Of a stretch of 64,000 bases of DNA, positions 17,673 through 51,200 are shown piece by piece. The position numbers and the translations under genes were made by a program. Origin of the DNA: Thermoanaerobaculia bacterium (GTDB taxonomy: Bacteria > Acidobacteriota > Thermoanaerobaculia > Multivoradales > UBA5704). Each line of letters opens with the position of its first letter. Position 1 is the first letter of the stretch. Below the pieces are notes generated by a model. It had not been told where the DNA came from, did no database searches, and saw nothing but the letters and a program-made list of their open reading frames with translations. The DNA lies in NCBI GenBank assembly GCA_035556715.1, contig DATMER010000063.1:4270-68269 (forward strand), given 5' to 3'.

Positions 17673-18700
17673 GAATCCTCCTGATCCGCACCAGCGCCCT
17701 GGGCGACGTGGTGCACTGCCTGCCGGTGCTCACGGCCCTGCGCCGCCATCTTCCCGAAGCGAAGATCGGATGGGTGGTGGAGGGGGCCATGGCGCCGGTG
17801 CTCGCCGGGCACCCCGACCTCGACGAGCTGCTCGTCGTCCGCCTCCGCGCCTGGCGGAAGAAGCCGTTCTCTCCCGAGACCCGGCGCGAGCTGGCGGCCT
17901 TCCGGGACGCCCTGGACCGCTTCGCGCCGGACGTGACCCTGGACCTCATGGGCAACCACAAGGCGGGGGTCCTTTCGGCACTCACCCTCTGCGATCGCCG
18001 GATCGGCCCGGCCCGGGCCTGGCGGCGGGAGCCGTCGAGCGCGTTCTGGATCAGCGAGCCGGTAGAAATCCGGGGGACCCACGCTGTGGACCGAGCGCTC
18101 TCCCTGCTCGACGCCCTCGGCATCCCGCCAGAGCCTGCGGACTTCGGAGGGGAGAAGATCTTTCGCCCAGAGCCGGATCAACTGCCGGGCGGGCTGCCGG
18201 AAGAGCCCTACGTCCTCATCCATCCCGGCGCCGGGTGGGCCAACAAGCGCTACCCTCCGGAGCGCTGGGGCGAGGTGGCGCGGCGCCTTCGGGAGTCGAT
18301 TGGGCTCCCGGCCTGGGTCCCTGTCGCCCCGGGCGAGGAGGGGCTGGCGGCCGAGATCGCGGCCACGAGCGGCAGGGCGGCCCGCACGGTGCCGGCGGAC
18401 CTCCCGACCCTGGCGGCGCTGCTCCGGCGGGCGCGTCTCGTGATGGGGGGCGACTCCGGCCCCACCCATCTCGCCCATGCCCTCGGTACCCCGGTGCTGA
18501 TGTTGATGGGGCCTACCGACCCGGAGCGGCACGGACCCTACGGCGCACCGGAGCGCGCGATGTGGAAGCTCCTGCCCTGCAGCTTCTGCTACCGCCGCTT
18601 CGACGAGACCAAGGCCTGCCTGCTGGAGATCCCCGCGGACCGGGTCGCGGAGCGGGCGAATGAATTCTTGAAGATCTCTCCTTGTCCCCCTTTCTGCTAG
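17669..18700 (+). CDS. ADP-heptose:LPS heptosyltransferase (glycosyltransferase family 9, WaaC/WaaF-like)
   Basis: GT9 sequence (MRILLIRTSALGDVVHCLPVL…, …GGDSGPTHLAHALGTPVLMLMGPTDPERHGPY…). The GTG start overlaps the hldC stop. Confidence 0.75.
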   Translation: MRILLIRTSALGDVVHCLPVLTALRRHLPEAKIGWVVEGAMAPVLAGHPDLDELLVVRLRAWRKKPFSPETRRELAAFRDALDRFAPDVTLDLMGNHKAGVLSALTLCDRRIGPARAWRREPSSAFWISEPVEIRGTHAVDRALSLLDALGIPPEPADFGGEKIFRPEPDQLPGGLPEEPYVLIHPGAGWANKRYPPERWGEVARRLRESIGLPAWVPVAPGEEGLAAEIAATSGRAARTVPADLPTLAALLRRARLVMGGDSGPTHLAHALGTPVLMLMGPTDPERHGPYGAPERAMWKLLPCSFCYRRFDETKACLLEIPADRVAERANEFLKISPCPPFC

Positions 18701-18732
18701 ACTGCACCCCGTAGATCCGGACGAGGAGACGT

Positions 18733-20538
18733 ATGGCTGGACTCCGCCTGAGGGCGGGGCGAGCAGGAGATTTCATGGCACCACCACCGGAAGCAGCAGC
18801 CCGCAGACCGGCTGCCAGCAACGCCCCCGACAAACTCGGAGAGCTCCTGATCCGGACCAACCGGATCAACCAGGCGCAGCTTCAGGAGGCCCTGGCCCTG
18901 CAGAAAGACCAGGGCGGCCGGCTTGGCACCAACCTGATCAAGCTGGGGCATCTGACCGAGCGGCAGCTCGTCGATGCGCTGTCCGAGCAGTTCAAGGTCC
19001 CCTCCGTCGACCTGCACAACATGGACATCGACGACGGGGTGATCAAGATCATCCCGGCGGACATCGCGCGCAAGTACACGATCTTCCCGGTCACCAAGGC
19101 GGGCGCCACGGTCACCGTGGCCATGATCGATCCGACGAACGTGTTCGCGATGGACGACGTGAAGTTCATGACCGGCTACCGGGTGGAGCCGGTGGTGGCG
19201 TCCGAGACCGCGATCCGCGCGGCGATCGACAAGTATTACGGCTCGACGCACGCCATCGAGCTGAAGAAGGTCATGGAGGACCTCTCGGAGGAGTCGGGCA
19301 GCGACCTCGAGGTCCTGGATGAGGAGGAGGACCTCGACCTCGCCACGCTAGAGGAGGAGTCCGAGCAGGCGCCGGTGGTCAAGCTGGTGAACCTGATCCT
19401 CACCGACGCCATCAAGCGCGGCGCGTCGGACATCCACATCGAGCCGTACGAGAAGGACTACCGGGTCCGCTACCGCATCGACGGCATCCTCTACGAGATG
19501 ATGCGGCCGCCGCTCAAGCTCAAGGAGGCGATCACCAGCCGCTGCAAGATCATGGCGAAGCTGGACATCGCGGAGAAGCGGCTGCCCCAGGACGGCCGCA
19601 TCAAGATCAAGACGAAGATCTCCGGCAAGACCAAGGACCTCGACTACCGCGTCTCGGTGCTGCCCACGCTGTTCGGCGAGAAGATCGTCATGCGCTTGCT
19701 CGACAAGGACAAGCTCATGCTCGACATGACCAAGCTGGGCTTCGAGGTGGAATCGCTGCGCAAGTTCGAGAGTGCCATCCTGCGGCCGTACGGCATGGTG
19801 CTGGTCACCGGCCCCACCGGCTCGGGCAAGACGAACTCGCTCTACTCGGCGCTGCAGCGCATCAACACCCCGGAGGTCAACATCATGACCGCCGAGGACC
19901 CGGTGGAGTTCAACCTGTCCGGGATCAACCAGGTGCAGATGCGCGAGAACATCGGCCTCAACTTCGCGGCCTCGCTGCGCTCGTTCCTGCGCCAGGACCC
20001 CAACATCATCCTGGTGGGCGAGATCCGCGACTTCGAGACCGCCGAGGTGGCGATCAAGGCCGCCATGACCGGCCACCTCGTGCTCTCCACGCTGCACACG
20101 AACGACGCGCCGTCCACGATCAACCGCATGATGAACATGGGCATCGAGCCCTTCCTGGTGGCCACCTCGGTGCACCTGATCGTGGCGCAGCGGCTGGTCC
20201 GCCGCATCTGCACGTTCTGCAAGGAACCGTTGGAAGTGCCCCCCGCGGCCCTGATCAGCGCCGGCTTCTCGGAGCACGAGTCGCGCACCCTGAAGCTCTT
20301 CAAGGGGCGCGGCTGCGACCGCTGCAGCAACACCGGCTACAAGGGGCGCGTCGGCCTCTACGAGGTGCTGGAGGTCGAGGACGAGATGCGGGAGATGATC
20401 CTCTCCGGAGCCAGCTCCTTCGAGCTGCGCCAGAAGGCAGTCCAGAACGGCATGATGACCCTGCGCATGAGCGGGCTGCAGAAGATCCGCGACGGCGTCA
20501 CGACCCTCGAAGAGGTCGTGCGCGAAACCGTTCTCTGA
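18733..20538 (+). CDS. pilB: Type IV pilus assembly / type II secretion ATPase (PilB/GspE family)
   Basis: GspE N-domain, Walker A (VLVTGPTGSGKTNSLYS), Asp box, Walker B (…PNIILVGEIRDFETAE…), His box, and a tetracysteine motif (CTFC…CDRCSNTGYKGR). An alternative ATG at 18775 is possible. Confidence 0.85.
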   Translation: MAGLRLRAGRAGDFMAPPPEAAARRPAASNAPDKLGELLIRTNRINQAQLQEALALQKDQGGRLGTNLIKLGHLTERQLVDALSEQFKVPSVDLHNMDIDDGVIKIIPADIARKYTIFPVTKAGATVTVAMIDPTNVFAMDDVKFMTGYRVEPVVASETAIRAAIDKYYGSTHAIELKKVMEDLSEESGSDLEVLDEEEDLDLATLEEESEQAPVVKLVNLILTDAIKRGASDIHIEPYEKDYRVRYRIDGILYEMMRPPLKLKEAITSRCKIMAKLDIAEKRLPQDGRIKIKTKISGKTKDLDYRVSVLPTLFGEKIVMRLLDKDKLMLDMTKLGFEVESLRKFESAILRPYGMVLVTGPTGSGKTNSLYSALQRINTPEVNIMTAEDPVEFNLSGINQVQMRENIGLNFAASLRSFLRQDPNIILVGEIRDFETAEVAIKAAMTGHLVLSTLHTNDAPSTINRMMNMGIEPFLVATSVHLIVAQRLVRRICTFCKEPLEVPPAALISAGFSEHESRTLKLFKGRGCDRCSNTGYKGRVGLYEVLEVEDEMREMILSGASSFELRQKAVQNGMMTLRMSGLQKIRDGVTTLEEVVRETVL

Positions 20539-20544
20539 GCTGAT

Positions 20545-20600
20545 TCGTGGAAGGTCCGAAGGCCGCCGGCGGTCCCGCCGGTGGTCTCTCTTGGTCTGAA
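20545..20600. terminator. Possible bidirectional intrinsic terminator in the convergent gap between pilB and the small membrane-protein gene
   Basis: GC-rich imperfect hairpin ggccgccggcgg-tc-ccgccggtggtc followed by a T-rich run tctctcttggtct. No folding was computed. Confidence 0.3.
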
Positions 20601-20605
20601 GTCCT

Positions 20606-20815
20606 TTATCTGAGGTTGGACGGCGGGATGTTCGTACCGCCGGGCGGCCGGGGTGCCTGGGTCCTCTTGACCGCGCTCAGGATGCCGATGCCGATCAGAC
20701 AGATGACTCCCACCGCGATCCACATGGGATCTGCGCCAAGCAGATGAGCCCCGATGGCCAGCCCGATGATCAGGATGATGAAGCCGGCCAGGTACATTCC
20801 GAATGAAGATGACAT
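20606..20815 (-). CDS. Small hydrophobic membrane protein (about 69 aa; DUF1328/UPF0391-like)
   Basis: Two predicted TM helices (MYLAGFIILIIGLAIGAHLLG / MWIAVGVICLIGIGILSAV). No other motif. Confidence 0.4.
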   Translation of the reverse strand: MSSSFGMYLAGFIILIIGLAIGAHLLGADPMWIAVGVICLIGIGILSAVKRTQAPRPPGGTNIPPSNLR

Positions 20816-20881
20816 GGTCCTATCCTCCGTGCTGCCCGCTTCGGGCGGGCATGCCCTGGAGGATTCAAAAGCCGGGCCAAC

Positions 20882-22399
20882 TCACCAGTCGAGCCCGGCG
20901 AACAGCGCGGCGAAGACCTCGATTCCGTCCCACAGGTTCTGCAGCCGCAGGTTCTCGTGCGCGGCGTGCTGGTTGTTGTCGTGATTGACGATGGGCATGG
21001 TGATGACCGGCACGTTCAAGGTGTCGACGAACATGGAGATGGGCACGCTGCCGCCGAGCATGGGCACGCGGAGGGCCGGCTCGCCCAGCATGCCGTCGAT
21101 CGCCCGCACCACGGCCCGCGAGACCGGCAGGTCCATGGAGGTGCGGGCCGCGGCGTAGCCGTCCTCCCACTGGAGGCGCACGACCCTGGGGTGCTTGCGC
21201 CGGGTCTCCGCGTCCGGCACGTCGTGGACCACGTGGAAGCCGAGGCTCCGGATGTGGGTCTCGGTGCGCTCGCGCACCTTGGCGGGCGTCTGGTCCGGGA
21301 CCAGGCGGAAGTCGATCGAGGCCGTGGCCTCGGTGGGGATCGCGTTCCGCGCTCCGGCCCCTACCTGGGCTGACTGGAGCCCGCGCACGTTGAGGGCGGG
21401 GCGCATCACGCTGTCCAGGAGGCGCTCTCCCCCCTCGGTCCAGGCCAGGGCGAGCTCGTTCCTGAGCTCCTCCTCCACGGGAGGCATGGCCGCGGTGGCC
21501 GCCTTCTCGCTCTCGGTGAGGGGCCGCACTTCGTCCCCGAAGCCGGCGATCCGGATCTCGCCGTCCGGTCCCCGCAGACCGGCGAGCAGCTCGACCAGCA
21601 GCGCAGCGGGGTTGGGCGCCCAGTTGCCGTAGTGACCGCTGTGCAGGGCCCGCGCCGGGCCGTAGGTGGTCAGCTCCAGCCCCATCACGCCGCGAGCGCC
21701 AAAGACGACCTGCAGCTTGCGGGTCTGGTGGACCGGACCGTCGGCGAGGATCCAGGCGTCGGCGGCCAGGAGGTCGCGGTGCTCCCGGACGATGCTCGTC
21801 AGGTGCGTGGAGCCGGCCTCCTCCTCCCCCTCCAGGAACATCTTGATGTTCACGGAGGGCTTCACCCCGGCGGCGCGCAGGGCGTCCAGGGCGGCGAGCA
21901 TGGCCACGATCGGACCCTTGTCGTCGCTGGCCGAGCGGGCGTAGAGGCGCGCTTCCGGATCGAGAGGAGAAGAGCCGAGAGGGATCTCCCCGGAGTCCGG
22001 CCCGCCGGCCCGCAGCACCGGCTTCCAGGGGTCGGCCCCTCCCCAGTCGGCGGGGTCGGCGGGCTGGCCGTCGTAGTGGGCGTAGAAGACCACGGTGTGC
22101 TTCGCCCCCGGCGAGGGGAGCTCGCCGTAGACGGCCGGAGGGGAGTCCCCGGCAGTGAGCAGCCGGGCCTGGAAGCCGCGCTTGCGCAGCAGGCCGAGCA
22201 GGTGGTCGGCGTTGCGCTGGATGTCGGCGCGGTCGGAGGCGACGTTGCGCAGGGCGAGCAGGCCCGCCAGCTCGCCGACGACCTCCTTTTCGTGCGCCGT
22301 CCTCCAGGCGCGCACCTGCTGTTTCAGCTCGGCCGGCGCCTGGGCTTCGGCAGCAGTCCCCAACGTCAACAGCAACGCGATCGCGATCGTTCTGGTCAT
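20882..22399 (-). CDS. Secreted M20-family metallopeptidase (dipeptidase / carboxypeptidase-like)
   Basis: 505 aa. Signal peptide MTRTIAIALLLTLGTAAEA. M20 sequence (…HTVVFYAHYDGQP…SASDDKGPIVAML…FLEGEEEAGS…). It lies 17 bp downstream of the cytochrome gene on the same strand. Confidence 0.7.
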   Translation of the reverse strand: MTRTIAIALLLTLGTAAEAQAPAELKQQVRAWRTAHEKEVVGELAGLLALRNVASDRADIQRNADHLLGLLRKRGFQARLLTAGDSPPAVYGELPSPGAKHTVVFYAHYDGQPADPADWGGADPWKPVLRAGGPDSGEIPLGSSPLDPEARLYARSASDDKGPIVAMLAALDALRAAGVKPSVNIKMFLEGEEEAGSTHLTSIVREHRDLLAADAWILADGPVHQTRKLQVVFGARGVMGLELTTYGPARALHSGHYGNWAPNPAALLVELLAGLRGPDGEIRIAGFGDEVRPLTESEKAATAAMPPVEEELRNELALAWTEGGERLLDSVMRPALNVRGLQSAQVGAGARNAIPTEATASIDFRLVPDQTPAKVRERTETHIRSLGFHVVHDVPDAETRRKHPRVVRLQWEDGYAAARTSMDLPVSRAVVRAIDGMLGEPALRVPMLGGSVPISMFVDTLNVPVITMPIVNHDNNQHAAHENLRLQNLWDGIEVFAALFAGLDW

Positions 22400-22416
22400 C
22401 GTCGCATCTTATCGCT

Positions 22417-24414
22417 CTACTCGATGATCAGCTCGGCACGGGCTTGCGCCTTGAGCGTCATCGCCTTGCTGAGCAGGCCGTCGCGCAGGGAGGCGTTGTT
22501 GGTGACCGACGCGGCCAGCTCCGCCGCGTAGGCTGCCTTCAGCTTGGCGACCGCCGGGAGATGGAGGAACCTCTGCTCCAGCACCTCCCAGCCGTCCTGG
22601 GTGTCGAACGAGGCGAGGCGCGCCAGCTCCTTGGCGGTGGCGGCGTTGTTCTCGTCGATGGCGGCCTGGTCGAGCAGCAGCGAGGCGCGGATGTTCTCCA
22701 ACGTGTTCATGACGCGCAGGAAGGCCGCGATGTTCTCGACCTCGGTGGTCTCCATGGCGAGCGTGGGCAGGTTCCCGCCCGACTGGGACCTCTTGAAGGC
22801 CTGGGCGTTGTAGTAGCCGACCGCCTCCTCGATGGTGAAGACGGCGTTGTTGTGGAAGAAGGGCGGGGTGTCGACGGCCTCGATAGCAGGCTGGGTGTTG
22901 AACCGGACGTCGTTGTTGAGGTTGCCGTAGCCGCGGAACTCATTGGTAACCGGATCGAAGGACGCGGCGGTGCCGAATCCGCCGTCGGGCGGGAGGTTGC
23001 CCGGGAGGATCACGTTGGCCGGGTGATTGGGCAGCCGGCCGATGCCGATGTCGAAGCTCCGGTTGGTGGGAGCGGCCGCGGGCGAGTTGGCGCCGCCGTT
23101 GACGTGGCAGACGAAGCAGCGGGAGCTCAGGCCGTTGTGCTGCACGCGGCCGAGGTCGGCCATCTTGTTCCTGAGCCGGATGGTTGTGATGTTCGGGTTG
23201 TCCTGCCGGCCGAGGGCGAGCTGGAAGGCCTCCAGCGCGTCGAGCTCGGCGTCGGTCGGGAGACGGAAGTCGGTGCCCGCCACCCGGTTCAGCCTCTTCG
23301 TGAGGTGCTGGATCACGGCGCCGGTCGCGAAGTCGCGGAGGGAGCCGCTGCCCGGCGCGCCGTCGCCGCCCCAGCCCATGCGCTGGTTCGGCGGCACGGT
23401 CCCGCCGTCGTCGCCCGGCAACAGATAGCGGGAGAGTCCCAGCAGATGGGGGACGCCGCGCATCACGAACTTGTTATTGAGGTCGTCGAAACCATCGGCG
23501 TTTTCGAGCACCAGGCCAAGCTCGCGCATCAGCGCGGGCTTCTCGAAATTGTTCTTCAGCGCGGAGTTGGTCTCGGCCACGAACAGGGGATCGTTGGGCG
23601 GCAGGGTGGCGATGAACTTGGGATCGATGGTGAAGTTGTTCTCCGCCGGATGGCACGTGGCGCAGGTGCGGCCGTTGCCGCCGAACTTCTCGTTGAAGAA
23701 CAGGTCCGCCCCCCTGGCGATCAGCGGGTCCATGCTGTTGAAGGGGGAGTCCGCGAAGGCGACCCGGGGTCCGAAGAGGGAGGCGATGCGCGCCGCGGGG
23801 CGGGGCTGCGCCTGCTCGTGGCTGGCCCGGGTATAGAGGCGCTGGAACAGGATCGGAGAGCCGTTCAGGACCATGCCCTCGTCGGGCCGGATGCCCTTGC
23901 GGGTCACGGCCACCACGTCCACGTCGAAGGCGGCGAACAGGTTGCCGTCGAAGCGGGCTTCGAGCACGGCCCGGGAGCCGTCCCTGGAGAGCCGTCCCAG
24001 CCTGTGCATGAGGTCGCCGGGCTCGGGCAGGGTGCTGCGCTCCGGTCCCTCCTGGTTGTCGACCAGCCAGACTTCCCAGTCGTCGGAGGCTTCCACGTTG
24101 TCGATCTCGACGCGGGCGGTGCCGCCGACCATGTCGATGCGGGCAAGGCCGCTGGCGTAGGTGTGCTCGGTGGAGATGCCCCGGGACCAGCCGAGCGCGA
24201 TCAGGTAGTTGCGGTTGCCGCCGCCGCGCTCGTAGCCTGCCTTCCAGGTCTGGTAGAGGGATTCGAGCTTGCCGTTCTCGGCCATTCGGACCTCGGCCGG
24301 CACCTTGGTAGCCACCTGGCCTGCATAGGGGGATGGAAACATCACGAACGACGGGATCCCCAGGGCGAGCGCCGCCACCAGCAGACCCGCGAAGAGCTTG
24401 GCTCGGCTTCTCAT
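22417..24414 (-). CDS. Secreted di-haem c-type cytochrome (cytochrome c peroxidase/MauG-like)
   Basis: 665 aa. Signal peptide MRSRAKLFAGLLVAALALG. Two CxxCH haem-binding motifs (…RTCATCHPAENNF… and …SSRCFVCHVNGG…). It starts 19 bp after the NRPS-PKS TE stop on the same strand. Confidence 0.65.
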   Translation of the reverse strand: MRSRAKLFAGLLVAALALGIPSFVMFPSPYAGQVATKVPAEVRMAENGKLESLYQTWKAGYERGGGNRNYLIALGWSRGISTEHTYASGLARIDMVGGTARVEIDNVEASDDWEVWLVDNQEGPERSTLPEPGDLMHRLGRLSRDGSRAVLEARFDGNLFAAFDVDVVAVTRKGIRPDEGMVLNGSPILFQRLYTRASHEQAQPRPAARIASLFGPRVAFADSPFNSMDPLIARGADLFFNEKFGGNGRTCATCHPAENNFTIDPKFIATLPPNDPLFVAETNSALKNNFEKPALMRELGLVLENADGFDDLNNKFVMRGVPHLLGLSRYLLPGDDGGTVPPNQRMGWGGDGAPGSGSLRDFATGAVIQHLTKRLNRVAGTDFRLPTDAELDALEAFQLALGRQDNPNITTIRLRNKMADLGRVQHNGLSSRCFVCHVNGGANSPAAAPTNRSFDIGIGRLPNHPANVILPGNLPPDGGFGTAASFDPVTNEFRGYGNLNNDVRFNTQPAIEAVDTPPFFHNNAVFTIEEAVGYYNAQAFKRSQSGGNLPTLAMETTEVENIAAFLRVMNTLENIRASLLLDQAAIDENNAATAKELARLASFDTQDGWEVLEQRFLHLPAVAKLKAAYAAELAASVTNNASLRDGLLSKAMTLKAQARAELIIE

Positions 24415-24433
24415 GGTTGGACTCCTTTTGCGT

Positions 24434-48294
<23,861 letters not shown>

Positions 48295-48298
<4 letters not shown>

Positions 48299-51200
48299 GA
48301 GCCTTCCTTCCGCCCGATCGCGGAGCGCGACCGGAGGCTGGACGCGGAGCGGGAGAGCGAGGCGATCCGGGGCACGGCCGGCGGCTGCACGGCGGTCCGC
48401 GCCTCGCGCACCGCGTCGAGGAGGCGAGCCACCGTGGGCGACTGGAACAGGGCGCGCAGCGGCAGCTGGACCTCGAAGTCCCGCCGCACGCGCGCCACGA
48501 TCCGCGTAGCCAGCAGCGAGTGCCCGCCCAGCCGGAAGAAGTCGTCGTGGAGCCCCACCCGCCCCTCCCGCGGCACTCCGAGCACCTCGGCCCAGATCGC
48601 GGCCATCCGGCGCTCATCCTCGGTCCCGGGCTCGACGAAGCCTTCGCGATCTCCCCCATCTGGAAGAGTGCGTCCGGAGAGCGCTTTACGATCCACCTTG
48701 CCGTTCGGGAGCCGCGGCAGGGCGTCCACGAAGCCGATGGAGGAGGGGACCATGTGGATGGGGAGGCGGGCGGCGAGCACGGCCCGCAGCTCACCCTTCT
48801 CCTCTCCCGCCACCCATGCCACCAGGCGGCGATCTCCTCCTTCACCCACGGCCACGACGGCGGCCTCGGTCACTCCAGGACAAGCCAGCAGGGCCGCCTC
48901 AACCTCGCCCAGCTCGATACGGAAGCCGCGCACCTTGACCTGGTGATCGATCCGCCCCAGGAACTCCAGGCGGCCGTCGGCGCGGAAGCGGGCGAGGTCG
49001 CCGGTGCGATAGAGGCGTCCCCCTTCTCCCTGGAAGGGATCCGGGACGAAGCGCTCGGCGGTGAGGTCCGGCCGGTGGAGGTAGCCGCGGGCCAGGCCGG
49101 CGCCGCCGAGCCAGACCTCGCCGGGCGCTCCGATGGGCGCGGGGCGCTGCCAGCGGTCGAGCACGTAGGCGCGGCCGTTCGCCAGGGGCCGGCCGATCGT
49201 GGCCGGCTCGTCCCCGCGGCGGCGGGTGAACGTGGAGTAGGTCGTGTCCTCGGACGGGCCGTAGAGGTCGAAGACCTGGGCTCCGGACCGGCTCTCGATC
49301 TCCGCGACGAGGGCCTGCGTGAGCGGCTCGCCGGCCAGGGTCACGGTGCGCACCGAGGGCGGCAGGGCGTCCAGCCGGAGCAGCTCCGCCATGGCGGACG
49401 GCACCGTGTTGACCAGCGTCACCTTCCCGGTCTCGGGCAGCCCGGCCAGGGCCGGGGCCAAGGCCAGGGCATTATCCGCGAGGATCACCGTGCCCCCCAG
49501 CGACAGCGACACGAACAGCTCGAAGACCGAGAGGTCGAAGTTGATCGAGGTCGAGGCCAGGACGCCCGCCAGATCCTCCGGGGAAAAGACCTCCGCGGCC
49601 CACCGGACCAACGCCACGGCATTGCGGTGCTCGATCGCCACGCCCTTGGGGCGGCCGGTCGATCCCGACGTGTAGATCAGGTAGACCAGGTGCTCCGGCA
49701 GCACGCCTGCCTCGGGATCAGCCTCGCTCGCGGCCGGGAGGGTATCCAGGCAGACGGCGCGGGGCTGTCCCGGAAGCCGGGCCAGGAGCGGCTCCCGGGT
49801 GACGACGAGGTCGCAGTCCTCCAGGAGAAGGGCCAGGCGCTCGGCCGGGTACGTGGGATCGATCGGCAGGTAGACGCCACCCGCCTGCAGGATGCCCAGG
49901 AGCGCGGCCACGAGGTCAGGCGTTCGCTCCAGGCAGACTCCCACCGGCCTCTCGTTTGCGACCCCCAGCGTCCGGAGGTGGTTGGCCAGCCGGCGGGACC
50001 TCCGCAGCAGCTCGCCATAGGTGACCCGCTCGCCCTGGCAGGCGACGGCCACGGCATCCGGCGTGCGCCCGGCCTGGGCGGCGAACAGGTCGTGCAGGCA
50101 GCCCGTGGAGTGGTCCATCCCGGTGTCGTTCCACTCGACCAGGGCCTGATGCTGCTCGGCCGTGGAGAGGAGCGGGAGTTCCGAGAGCCGCCGTCCAGGC
50201 TCGGCCGCCGCGGCTTCGAGCAACCCGGTCAGCGAGCCGAGCAGTCGGGCGATGGTGGCGCGGTCGAAGAGGTCGCGGCTGTATTCGGCCTGGAAGAGCC
50301 GCTGGCCGCCGGGGCGGTCCACCATGGCCAGGGTGAGGTCGAACTTGGCCGTGCCGGTCTCCACCGGGAGCGGCTCCAGCTCGAGCCCCGCGGCGGCAGG
50401 AGGCGCGAGCGGCGCGTTCTGCACGATGAGCAGGACCTGGAACACCGGCGAGTGGCTCAGGTCGCGCTCCGGCCGCAGCTCCTCCACCAGCTTCTCGAAG
50501 GGAAGGTCCTGGTGCGCGTAGGCGTCCAGGGTAACGTCCCGCACGCGGGCTAGGAGGTCCGCGAAGGAGGGATCGCCCGAGAGATCGGCCGGCAGCGCCA
50601 GGGTGTTCACGAACAGGCCGATGAGCCCCTCGGTCTCGGCGCGCTGCCGGTTGGCGATCGGGGTGCCCACCGGCGGGTCCTCGCGGCCGGTGAGGCGGCC
50701 GAGCAGGGCCTGGAATCCGGCGAGGAGGACCATGAACGGGGTGGCTCCCCGGGTGTATCCCAGCCCGGAGGCGAGCAAGAGGTCCTCCCGGCCGCCGCGG
50801 GTGCCCTGGACCGGGGGACGGGGCCGGTCGGCCGGCAGTTCCAGGAGAGGCGGCAGTCCCGCGAGGCGCTCCCGCCACCAGCCGAGCTGCCTCTCCAGCG
50901 TCTCGCCCTGGAGCCATCCGCGCTGCCAGGCCGCGAAGTCCGCGTACTGGACCGGCAGCGGCGGCAGGGCCGCGCCCTCGTAGAGCCGCATCAGCTCGCG
51001 CAGGAGCACGCCCATGGACCAGCCGTCCGAGACGATGTGGTGCATCAGGAGGAGGAGCTGGTGATCCTCTTCTCCAGTCCGGAAAAGGACACCCCGCACC
51101 AGCGGTCCGAGAGCCAGATCGAACGGCCGCGCCGCCTCCGCCTCCGCCACACGCCGAACCTCCGCCTCGGAGAGCTCGATTACCGGCAAAGACAGGCGCA

